Assembly (NCBI GenBank): GCA_937129385.1
Contig: CAKZNC010000113.1
Coordinates: 5,360-69,359 of the forward strand
Length of the DNA: 64,000 nt
From: an uncultured Bacteroidota bacterium
Lineage (GTDB): Bacteria > Bacteroidota > Bacteroidia > Bacteroidales > GCA-2748055
Reading direction: 5' to 3'
Made by a program: the position numbers and the translations under genes. Under the pieces are notes generated by a model. The model ran no database searches. It saw only the letters and a list, made by a program, of their open reading frames with translations, and was not told the origin of the DNA. This document shows, piece by piece, positions 18,726-26,692 of this stretch; positions within the stretch are counted from its first letter, which is position 1, and each line of letters opens with the position of its first letter.

Positions 18726-20483
18726 ATGTACAGAACACATACCTGCGGAGAATTGAATATCCAGAATGTTGATGAAAATGTTAAACTCAGCGGATGGGTC
18801 CAGAAATCGCGCGACCTGGGGGGGATGACCTTCATAGATCTGCGTGACCGTTACGGGCTCACCCAGCTGGTCTTCAACATGGAGAAGAACGAGGAGCTTT
18901 GCAGGGAAGCAAGGAAACTGGGACGAGAGTTCGTGATTCAGGCCGAAGGAACGGTTGCTGAGAGAAGCAATAAAAACCCCAAAATGCCCACGGGGGAGAT
19001 CGAGATCCTGGTCACTTCACTGAAAGTGCTGAACGCTTCGGAGCATCCACCTTTTACCATAGAGAAGGATACAGACGGCGGCGATGAACTCAGGATGAAA
19101 TACCGCTACCTGGACCTGCGACGGGTCGATGTGCGGAAAAACCTGGAGTTGCGGCACAGGATGTCCATCGAGATCAGGAACTACCTGAGCGATGAGAAAT
19201 TCATCGAGGTGGAAACACCGGTCCTTATCAAATCCACCCCCGAAGGGGCACGTGACTTCGTCGTACCTTCGCGCATGAATCCAGGTCAGTTTTACGCACT
19301 TCCTCAGTCGCCGCAGACATTTAAGCAGCTGCTGATGGTGGCGGGGTTCGACCGTTATTTCCAGATCGTGAAGTGCTTCAGGGACGAGGACCTGCGGGCC
19401 GACCGCCAGCCGGAGTTCACGCAGATCGATTGTGAAATGTCATTCGTGGGTCGTGACGATGTGCTCGATGCATTTGAGGGTCTGTCCAACCACCTGTTCA
19501 AAGCCATCAAGGATGTGGAGATCACGGAGAAATACCCGAAAATGCCGTACAGCGAAGCACTGGACAGGTTTGGGAATGACAAACCCGATACACGTTTCGG
19601 CATGGAGATCAACGATATCAAAGAGCTCACCGCCGGCAAGGGATTCAACGTGTTCGACAGCGCGGAATATGTACGTGGTATTTGCGTTGAAGGCTGTGCC
19701 GAATATTCGAGAAAACAGCTGGATGAGCTGACCGATTTCGTCAGGAAACCCCAGATCGGTGCAAAAGGACTCGTCTACGTAAAATACAATGAAGCGGGAT
19801 CTTTCAAGTCGTCGGTTGACAAATTCTATACTCCGGATGACCTGCAGAAGTGGGCTGATGCCATGGGAGCAAAGCCGGGTGACCTGATGCTTGTGCTCGC
19901 CGGTGAGACCGCACTTACAAGAAAAGCACTGAGCGAACTCAGGCTGGAGATGGGAAGAAGGCTGGAACTGATGGATCCCGATGTTTTCAAGCCCCTCTGG
20001 GTGGTTGATTTTCCACTCCTGGAATGGGACGAAGAGACCAGCCGTTTCCATGCCATGCACCATCCGTTCACGCGTCCCTACGAGGAGGACCTTGAACTTT
20101 TCAAGTCCGATCCGGGCAAGGTACGGGCCATGGCCTACGACCTGGTGATCAATGGTGTTGAGATCGGCGGAGGATCGATCCGGATCCATAACGAGGAGCT
20201 GCAGCAGCAAATGTTTGACAACCTCGGGTTTACACGTGAGGAGGCATCCAGGCAATTTGGATTCCTCATGGGTGCCTTCCGTTACGGTGCACCTCCCCAC
20301 GGTGGGATCGCCTTTGGCTTTGATCGCTGGGTGGCGCTGTTTGCAGGCCTTGACTCCATCAGAGATACCATAGCGTTCCCGAAGAACAACGCCGGAAGGG
20401 ATGTCATGATAGACACACCGAGTACCATCTCCGCAGAGCAACTTGAGGAGCTGTTCCTGGCTGTGAAGTCTCCCACAAAATAG
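18726..20483 (+). CDS. aspS: Aspartate--tRNA ligase
   Basis: 585 aa. Class II aaRS motifs ([35 protein letters not shown]) and an OB-fold N-terminus. Confidence 0.96.
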   Translation: MYRTHTCGELNIQNVDENVKLSGWVQKSRDLGGMTFIDLRDRYGLTQLVFNMEKNEELCREARKLGREFVIQAEGTVAERSNKNPKMPTGEIEILVTSLKVLNASEHPPFTIEKDTDGGDELRMKYRYLDLRRVDVRKNLELRHRMSIEIRNYLSDEKFIEVETPVLIKSTPEGARDFVVPSRMNPGQFYALPQSPQTFKQLLMVAGFDRYFQIVKCFRDEDLRADRQPEFTQIDCEMSFVGRDDVLDAFEGLSNHLFKAIKDVEITEKYPKMPYSEALDRFGNDKPDTRFGMEINDIKELTAGKGFNVFDSAEYVRGICVEGCAEYSRKQLDELTDFVRKPQIGAKGLVYVKYNEAGSFKSSVDKFYTPDDLQKWADAMGAKPGDLMLVLAGETALTRKALSELRLEMGRRLELMDPDVFKPLWVVDFPLLEWDEETSRFHAMHHPFTRPYEEDLELFKSDPGKVRAMAYDLVINGVEIGGGSIRIHNEELQQQMFDNLGFTREEASRQFGFLMGAFRYGAPPHGGIAFGFDRWVALFAGLDSIRDTIAFPKNNAGRDVMIDTPSTISAEQLEELFLAVKSPTK

Positions 20484-20588
20484 GGAATGTGTAAAACTTG
20501 CCTGGGTTGTGAATAATTTCAGCGATTCATTGCCGGTTCACGGTTCGCGAATATCTATTTTCGTACCGTACAACTTTATCATTGCCAT

Positions 20589-20939
20589 ATGTTAAAAGTA
20601 GCAAAGGAAGCCGATCATTACCTGGTCTCCCTGTTCCAGGTAAAAAAACTCAATACGCTGTTCTCAGAGCTGATCAGTCAGCAACTGGAAGACCTGGTCA
20701 GCGTAAAAGACCGCCACGTAATCTTCAACCTCGCGCATGTGAATTTCATTGATACGGCAGGGTTCTTTGCGCTGGAGCGAGCGGCCGGCATTGCGAAGGC
20801 CAATCATTGTGTTTTCCAGCTGTGCAATATCACCGACGAGGTGCAGGAACTGATCGGGCTCACCGGTCATGAAGCTACATTTGACATCATTCCCCGGCTG
20901 AATGTGAGGGAGAAGATCGTGATGGAACTTGATGAGTAA
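20589..20939 (+). CDS. STAS-domain protein (anti-sigma-factor antagonist family)
   Basis: 116 aa. Fold-typical pattern (VIFNLAHVNFIDTAGFFAL). No partner kinase or anti-sigma factor nearby. Confidence 0.7.
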   Translation: MLKVAKEADHYLVSLFQVKKLNTLFSELISQQLEDLVSVKDRHVIFNLAHVNFIDTAGFFALERAAGIAKANHCVFQLCNITDEVQELIGLTGHEATFDIIPRLNVREKIVMELDE

Positions 20940-20965
20940 GGTTAGTCGAGTATCGAGAGAGGATT

Positions 20966-21007
20966 CAGTCGGCAGCGTTCAGCCGTCAGCCGTCAACACA
21001 CAACGCA
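20966..21007. repeat. Degenerate heptanucleotide array (CAGYCGK-like, 6 units)
   Basis: cagtcgg cagcgtt cagccgt cagccgt caacaca caacgca. The unit is the reverse complement (rotated) of the GACTGCC array inside miaB. Confidence 0.8.
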
Positions 21008-21016
21008 CTACATGCA

Positions 21017-22525
21017 TCAATCTTCAGCGATATCGCCGATCAGTGTGGCCGATGTACATTTCCTGATCTTTACTTTCACATAATCACCGGCTTTACGACC
21101 TGCAGCCGGGAATACGACGACTTTATTCTGACTGGTACGTCCCACCAGTTCGCTTTCAGATTTTTTGGACGGACCTTCGGCCAGTACCTCGAAAACACCT
21201 CCCAGGTCATCCTGCTTGCTTGCCAGTGACAATTCACCTTGCAGAGCGATGATCTCATTCAGCCTTCGGGTTTTCACCTCTTCAGGAACATCATCTTTAT
21301 ATTTCTTTGCCGCGAAGGTGTCGGGCCGTTCACTGTATTTAAACATGTATGCAAAGTCAAAACCCACCCATCTCATAAGGTCCAGGGTCTCGCGGTGCTC
21401 CTCCTCGGTCTCTCCGCAGAATCCGGAGATGATATCCGTTGAGATGGTGGCTTCCGGCAGGTATTTCCTGATGGCCCGGATGCGGGACGCGTACATATCA
21501 CGGGTATAGCCGCGTTTCATTCTCCGGAGCACTTCGGTACTGCCCGACTGGACTGGCAGGTGGATACTCCTGCACAGGTTCGGGTACTTCGCCATGGTCT
21601 GCAGGAGCTGGTCCGACATGTCCTTGGGGTGCGAGGTGGCAAACCTGACCCTGAGCAGTGGTGAGATCCTGGCAATCCGTTCCAGCAGATCCTCGAACCT
21701 GATGATAGGCGACCCTTCGGCAGGCTCAGGGTCCTTCACCGAGTTTTCTTCCGGCTCTTGACTGCCGACTGCCGACTGCCGACTGCCCCCTGCCGACTGC
21801 GAACTGCCGACTGCCGACTGGTTCCTCTCTCGACTCCTGACTCCTGGCTCTTGACGATCCTCTTCGCTCTCCTCTCTCCCCTCTCCTTTCCATTCATACG
21901 AATTCACATTCTGCCCAAGCAACGTCACCTCCCGGTATCCTTTATCCAACAGCTCCCTGACCTCCTTTTCGATGGTCTCCGGGTCCCGGCTCCGTTCCCT
22001 TCCGCGGGTATAGGGCACCACGCAGTAAGCGCAGAAATTGTTACAACCCCGCATGATCGCTACAAATGAGGAAACGTGGTTCTTGTCGAGCCGGACCGGC
22101 TGTACATCTCCATAGGTCTCTTCGAGGGATAGCAGGGTGTTGATCCCTTTCTGACCGCCCTCCACTTCAGAAAGCAGGGCAGGGAGTTCCCTGTAGGCAT
22201 CCGGACCCACCACAAGGTCGACCGACCGTTCATCTTCAAGCAGCTTGTCCTTGAGTCGTTCGGCCATGCAGCCGATCACACCCACCACGAGATTTTCGTT
22301 GACCTTTTTCCGCCGACCGAATTCCGAGATCCGGTTCCGGACCTTCTGTTCGGCATTGTCCCGGATGGAACAGGTGTTCACCAGTACCAGGTCGGCCTCC
22401 TCCATATTTTCCGTAACATCATAATCCTGTTTTTGCAGGATGGCCACCACCACCTCCGAGTCCACCACGTTCATCTGGCAGCCATAGGTCTCAATATATA
22501 ACTTCTTCCTCTTCATAATCTTCAT
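21017..22525 (-). CDS. miaB: tRNA-i6A37 methylthiotransferase (radical SAM) with an in-frame repeat insertion
   Basis: Motifs YIETYGCQMN, GCNNFCAYCVVPYTRG, RFATSHPKD and a TRAM C-terminus. The track GTG start at 22600 adds a non-conserved extension; ATGs at 22525 and 22516 fit the family. Carries an extra acidic/Ser-rich loop of about 40-50 aa. Confidence 0.92.
   Translation of the reverse strand: MKIMKRKKLYIETYGCQMNVVDSEVVVAILQKQDYDVTENMEEADLVLVNTCSIRDNAEQKVRNRISEFGRRKKVNENLVVGVIGCMAERLKDKLLEDERSVDLVVGPDAYRELPALLSEVEGGQKGINTLLSLEETYGDVQPVRLDKNHVSSFVAIMRGCNNFCAYCVVPYTRGRERSRDPETIEKEVRELLDKGYREVTLLGQNVNSYEWKGEGREESEEDRQEPGVRSRERNQSAVGSSQSAGGSRQSAVGSQEPEENSVKDPEPAEGSPIIRFEDLLERIARISPLLRVRFATSHPKDMSDQLLQTMAKYPNLCRSIHLPVQSGSTEVLRRMKRGYTRDMYASRIRAIRKYLPEATISTDIISGFCGETEEEHRETLDLMRWVGFDFAYMFKYSERPDTFAAKKYKDDVPEEVKTRRLNEIIALQGELSLASKQDDLGGVFEVLAEGPSKKSESELVGRTSQNKVVVFPAAGRKAGDYVKVKIRKCTSATLIGDIAED
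21760..21822. repeat. Heptanucleotide array (GACTGCC)x9 inside the miaB coding sequence
   Basis: gactgcc x4, then ccctgcc, gactgcg, aactgcc, gactgcc, gactggt. Followed out of phase by gactcct gactcct ggctctt (21832-21852). Bounded by the 10-bp direct repeat GGCTCTTGAC (21753-21762 and 21846-21855). Confidence 0.95.
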
Positions 22526-22973
22526 CCCTTGCAGACAGGGTTGGTGTGGAGCCCGGACATAACATTCAGCAGAAAGCTTCAAGCATTGGGCAGGCGCCAC
22601 TGTTCAGCATACATCCCTGTTAGCGGACCCAAAATTAATTAAAATTGTTCCAACCCATTGATTTTAACATTGATTTATCAAGTTGAAAAATATATATATT
22701 TAAATAGTGATTAAAATATATATATTATGATTCGTATCGGTCAGGATGGCCTTTGCCATGCCCATAGGTAGATTTGAACCGGATTCATTGCTTGCCGATC
22801 GACAGTGAATTCAGAGGATTGTGGTGATTCGGGTTGAAACTGCTCACGAATCTCCAGGGACGCCCACCGATTTAATTGGTCATTTCGCCGATTTGCCCTT
22901 TCGGGGTCATGGAATGCATCGTAATATTGCAGTGTGAAACAAAAAATCCACGTATAATATTAATTAAAACAAT

Positions 22974-23507
22974 ATGAAAATGGGAGCTGGTCTTTTCTGG
23001 GGTGCAATGTTGATGGTCATCGGTATTGCGCTCATCATCAAGGTGGTTTTTAACATTGATTTCCCGATCTTCAAGGTGCTGGTCGGCGTATTCTTCATCT
23101 TCCTGGGGCTGAAGGTATTATTTGGTCGTGTCCTGATACCTGAAGGGAAGATCGGGCCTGACGAAACGATCTTCAGTGAAAGGGTGTATGAGCAGACCGA
23201 GAATGGCAAGGAGTACAATGTGATCTTCGGGAAAGGGGTGTATGATTTTACCAATGTTGACCTGAGCAAGGGTGATCATCATGTGAAGATCAACACGGTC
23301 TTCGGGGGATCAACGATCCGGATCAGCGAGGATATACCAACCCGTATCGAGGCAGATGCAGTATTTGCAGGGGCAGAATTGCCGGGTGGAAATACAGCTG
23401 TTTTCGGAACAACAAGTTATACAACAGGTAGTTACCGTTCAGACTCGGCTGCACTGTACATCAAGACCGGCGTAGTGTTTGGCGGGATCCAGGTGGTAAA
23501 CCGGTAA
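22974..23507 (+). CDS. LiaF/DUF2154-like membrane protein
   Basis: 177 aa. Two N-terminal TM segments and a beta-rich C-terminal domain (VFGGSTIRISEDIPTRIEADAVFAGAELPGG) resembling the LiaF C-terminal domain. Confidence 0.5.
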   Translation: MKMGAGLFWGAMLMVIGIALIIKVVFNIDFPIFKVLVGVFFIFLGLKVLFGRVLIPEGKIGPDETIFSERVYEQTENGKEYNVIFGKGVYDFTNVDLSKGDHHVKINTVFGGSTIRISEDIPTRIEADAVFAGAELPGGNTAVFGTTSYTTGSYRSDSAALYIKTGVVFGGIQVVNR

Positions 23508-23534
23508 GGATTTCCTAAAACCGGCCTGTTTTTC

Positions 23535-23542
23535 TATTTTTG
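23535..23542 (+). promoter_or_regulatory. Candidate -7 promoter box (TATTTTTG) for yebC
   Basis: Matches TAnnTTTG, 21 nt upstream of the ATG at 23563. Confidence 0.35.
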
Positions 23543-23562
23543 TAGAAACTAAAAACCAGGAT

Positions 23563-24306
23563 ATGTCAGGACACAGCAAATGGTCGACCATAAAAAGGAA
23601 GAAAGGTGCAATTGATGCCAAGAGAGGCAAGATCTTTACGAAGCTCATAAAAGAGATCACCATTGCGGCTGAAGAGGGAGGTAGTGATCCGGAAACGAAT
23701 CCCAGGCTGAGGACAGCTGTGCAGACCGCCAAAGGCATGAACATGCCAAAGGACAACATCCAACGGGCCATCAACAAAGCCAACAAGGATTCATCCAGCT
23801 TCCAGGAGACCACCTTCGAGGGGTACCTGCCGAATGGGATTGCTGTATTCATTGAATGTCTGACCGACAATAACAACCGCACTGTAAGTAACATCAGGTC
23901 GATTTTTACGAAGCGGGGCGGGTCACTTGGTACCAACGGGTCGCTGTCGTTTCTTTTTGACAGGAAGGGGATCATCACCGTGCCGAAAGGGGAACTGGAT
24001 CCTGAGGAGTTTGAGCTGGAGATCATTGATGCCGGGGTGGAAGAGATCGAGCTGAATGATGATACATTTATGATCACCACACCGCTGGAGGATTTTCACA
24101 ATGTGCAGAAAAAGCTGGAAGAGATGGAGCTTGAAACCGAAAGTGCAGCCCTGCAGCGAATTCCCAATGATACGAAAGAGTTGCCGGTGGAGGATGCGGT
24201 ACAGATCCTGAAAATCGTAGAGGAATTTGAAGACGATGATGATGTTCAGAATGTCTTCCATAACCTGGAAGAGACGGAAGAGGTGGCAGAGGCTATGGAT
24301 TCTTAG
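23563..24306 (+). CDS. YebC/PmpR-family DNA-binding transcriptional regulator
   Basis: 247 aa with the hallmark N-terminus MSGHSKWSTIKRKKGAIDAKRGKIFTKL. Confidence 0.95.
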   Translation: MSGHSKWSTIKRKKGAIDAKRGKIFTKLIKEITIAAEEGGSDPETNPRLRTAVQTAKGMNMPKDNIQRAINKANKDSSSFQETTFEGYLPNGIAVFIECLTDNNNRTVSNIRSIFTKRGGSLGTNGSLSFLFDRKGIITVPKGELDPEEFELEIIDAGVEEIELNDDTFMITTPLEDFHNVQKKLEEMELETESAALQRIPNDTKELPVEDAVQILKIVEEFEDDDDVQNVFHNLEETEEVAEAMDS

Positions 24307-25399
24307 GCAGATCGATCCAGAAAGTCGTTCCTTCCTCTTTGTCAGAAATAAAATCAACGGTGCCTCCCAGGTAATCTTCACCCAGTATCTTCATGCTGTA
24401 AGTGCCCAGTCCACGGCCAGTCCCCTTGGTTGAGAAAGAGCGTTCAAAAATAAGATGCTTTGTCCCTTCAGAAATGACAGTCCTGTTGTTCACCCAGAAT
24501 CGAACCCGCTTTTCATCCTGTGAGGTGCCAACAACAACTTTATCTTCCTCTTCAGAAGCCTCAAGTGCATTTTTTATCATGTTGACAAGAATTCTTTGTA
24601 GGAGTGACTGGTCGGAGACAAATATGCGCGTATCTATTTTTTTATCCAGTGTCAGTTGTCCGTTCAGATTTTCATTGTTCTTAAATGAAAGCATGGTTTC
24701 AATAAGCAGATCTTCCGGATGAATTTCATCCATATTGACTTTTAATTCACCTCTCTCCGCCATGGATAACTGTTTCTGCTCATTGATGGTATCGTAGATG
24801 GAATTGTAATTTGTTTCGAGCAGATCCAGGTATTGCTGATCCACATCGCCCTTCATCTTGATCAGATTGATAATGCTGTTCATGTTCCCGACGGTATTCA
24901 TCAGGTCATGGTAAAATATTTTCTCCAGTTCGGCTTTTCTTTTCGCAATTGAGATATCTTCCAGCGTAATCACATAGAAAAAGCCATCGCTGCATTCGAA
25001 AGGAGTTGCTGTAAATCTGAAATTAAATGGCATATTTCTTCCCTCCTTCATTCCGAGGATCCTGTAATGACTCGTGACGGTTTTGTTTTCATTTTTGCAG
25101 ATATCCATTGCTCTGAAAGCTCCACAGAATTCGCAAGCCTTTGAAGCGCCACAGCCCCCTTGCTCCTTTTTCGAATTGACACATTGAAAAATATCACCGG
25201 GTCTCAGATTCAGCAGAGAGTTTGATTCGCCATAAGCGAAGCGTCCGTTGATACTTTGATTGGCATAAACCAGCCTCCTGTCGCTATTCAGAATAAGAAC
25301 AATATTCGTAAGCGACTCGATCACCTTTATGATAAACTCCCGGGATGAGCGATCAGGCATGATCTTCTCAAGAATCTTATACTTTCCTTTTTTCTCCAT
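24293..25399 (-). CDS. Orphan PAS-domain sensor histidine kinase with a Cys-rich sensor motif
   Basis: 368 aa from the ATG (the track TTG is at 25402) with no TM segment. PAS-like N-terminus containing C73-x9-C83-x5-C89-x2-C92-x8-C101, an H-box region FYHDLMNTVGN, and HATPase motifs (NMIKNALEAS, GTGRGLGTYSMK). Confidence 0.8.
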   Translation of the reverse strand: MEKKGKYKILEKIMPDRSSREFIIKVIESLTNIVLILNSDRRLVYANQSINGRFAYGESNSLLNLRPGDIFQCVNSKKEQGGCGASKACEFCGAFRAMDICKNENKTVTSHYRILGMKEGRNMPFNFRFTATPFECSDGFFYVITLEDISIAKRKAELEKIFYHDLMNTVGNMNSIINLIKMKGDVDQQYLDLLETNYNSIYDTINEQKQLSMAERGELKVNMDEIHPEDLLIETMLSFKNNENLNGQLTLDKKIDTRIFVSDQSLLQRILVNMIKNALEASEEEDKVVVGTSQDEKRVRFWVNNRTVISEGTKHLIFERSFSTKGTGRGLGTYSMKILGEDYLGGTVDFISDKEEGTTFWIDLPKNP

Positions 25400-25452
25400 C
25401 AATCACCTGCACAAGATATTCGGGGTGAATATATATAAAAATTTTATCTATT

Positions 25453-26136
25453 CTATTTTTCAACAAGTTTCATCCCCCTGTTTACAAGTCTGGTACCAAT
25501 AATCAAAAGCCCCATCCAGGTTGCGGCAAGGGAAGATGTCATCAAAAGGTGGTCCGGACTCATCCATGTGAAGGTGATCAGCACCGGTGCAGCAAGGAAG
25601 GCGAGCATACTTCCAAAAACCGGGAATTTCACTTCGTTGAACCTGGAGATCGTGAATACGGTGGTAAAGGCGCCGAATGCTGTCAAGCCGATTTTTTGCC
25701 AGAGAAGGACGTTTCTGATGGCGATAAGGATGCCGGTTGTGGTTGCGTCGCCAATCTTCATCTTCTCATTCAGACCCTCTGTTGTTGCCCGGGCAACGTA
25801 AAATTCATTTAGGCTCATTTGAAAGAAGGCGTATGCCATCGCCAGGATGAAGAAGCTGCTCAAAATGTGCATGCCTTTCTGAAACCGGTGGAACATCAAC
25901 AGGTACAGTGGAATAAAGAATGTAGCGACTGAACCGGCTATCAGCCAGGTGATTGCACTGATGCGCTGTCGCAAAATATTATCCAGGATAAAATCGATGT
26001 CCTCCTCAAATGTGGCATTGGGAACTGAATAATCGAATTTCAGCAGATAGGCCGTCAGCATTGAAAGAACAGTCAGGATCAGAAAAAAACCCGACAGGAT
26101 CTCAATAGTCCTGATATTTCTTCGTTTTACCGGCAT
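25453..26136 (-). CDS. Hypothetical polytopic membrane protein
   Basis: The internal ATG at 26136 (MPVKRRNIRTIEIL...) gives 227 aa with about 6 TM segments. The longer track ORF to 26460 would overlap the SPOR gene and has no coding-like N-terminus. Confidence 0.55.
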   Translation of the reverse strand: MPVKRRNIRTIEILSGFFLILTVLSMLTAYLLKFDYSVPNATFEEDIDFILDNILRQRISAITWLIAGSVATFFIPLYLLMFHRFQKGMHILSSFFILAMAYAFFQMSLNEFYVARATTEGLNEKMKIGDATTTGILIAIRNVLLWQKIGLTAFGAFTTVFTISRFNEVKFPVFGSMLAFLAAPVLITFTWMSPDHLLMTSSLAATWMGLLIIGTRLVNRGMKLVEK

Positions 26137-26214
26137 GGAGCGAAAGTAATTAATATTTTCACTGGTTGTCAGATTGCAAACAATTTTAACTATTTTTGGA
26201 GCACGATTGGAACG

Positions 26215-26670
26215 ATGAGATTCATAACTTTTTGCATATTGATTTTTGCCGCAGCGACCGTGGCTACAGCGCAGTCTGGCAGTGGCTCTGTCAGGTCGAA
26301 AGACGCACTTAAAAGTCTGCAGGAAAAGGAGATGACCGGCAACGTCGTTCTGCAGCTTGATACTTTGATCTTTGAGAATTACCAGAAGCTCCTTGTTCAG
26401 AACAGTAAACTGCGCGGCGTGGATGGTTACAGGATCAGGATCTTTTCCGATAACGGACATGGCGCAAAGGAGAATCAGCGAAGGGTCAGGGCCAGGTTCC
26501 TGTCATCCCACCCCGGCATCCCAACCTACGGTCCATATGAAGGTTCCTATTACAAGATCTATGTCGGAGATTTCAGAACCAAGCGAGATGCTTTGAAATA
26601 CCTGGATGATATACAGAGGGGTTTTCCGGATGCATTTATCGTAGAAAGTAATATTGTAATTGAAGATTGA
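26215..26670 (+). CDS. SPOR-domain protein (septal peptidoglycan binding)
   Basis: 151 aa. Signal peptide and a C-terminal SPOR-like module (GYRIRIFSDNGHGAKENQRRVRARF...YYKIYVGDFRTKRDALKYL). Confidence 0.7.
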   Translation: MRFITFCILIFAAATVATAQSGSGSVRSKDALKSLQEKEMTGNVVLQLDTLIFENYQKLLVQNSKLRGVDGYRIRIFSDNGHGAKENQRRVRARFLSSHPGIPTYGPYEGSYYKIYVGDFRTKRDALKYLDDIQRGFPDAFIVESNIVIED

Positions 26671-26692
26671 ATAACTTCATTGGTGAATTTTT

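Noticed and set aside
19440-20441. A 333-aa minus-strand ORF inside aspS. Similar antisense ORFs lie inside ftsZ (44510-45259), tatD (8690-9541), mfd (54819-55514) and pabB (61787-62320).
   Set aside because: All lie opposite genes with strong, full-length family signatures and show no domain features of their own.
22765-22790. A tRNA-like GGTTCAAATC T-loop motif on the minus strand (plus-strand gatttgaacc).
   Set aside because: The flanking bases do not form a T-stem (tccgg versus ctacc), and no acceptor or anticodon arms could be built.
25453-26460. The long (335-aa) version of the membrane-protein ORF.
   Set aside because: The first 108 codons overlap the divergent SPOR-domain gene and look non-coding. 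The internal ATG at 26136 starts directly at a basic segment plus TM signal.
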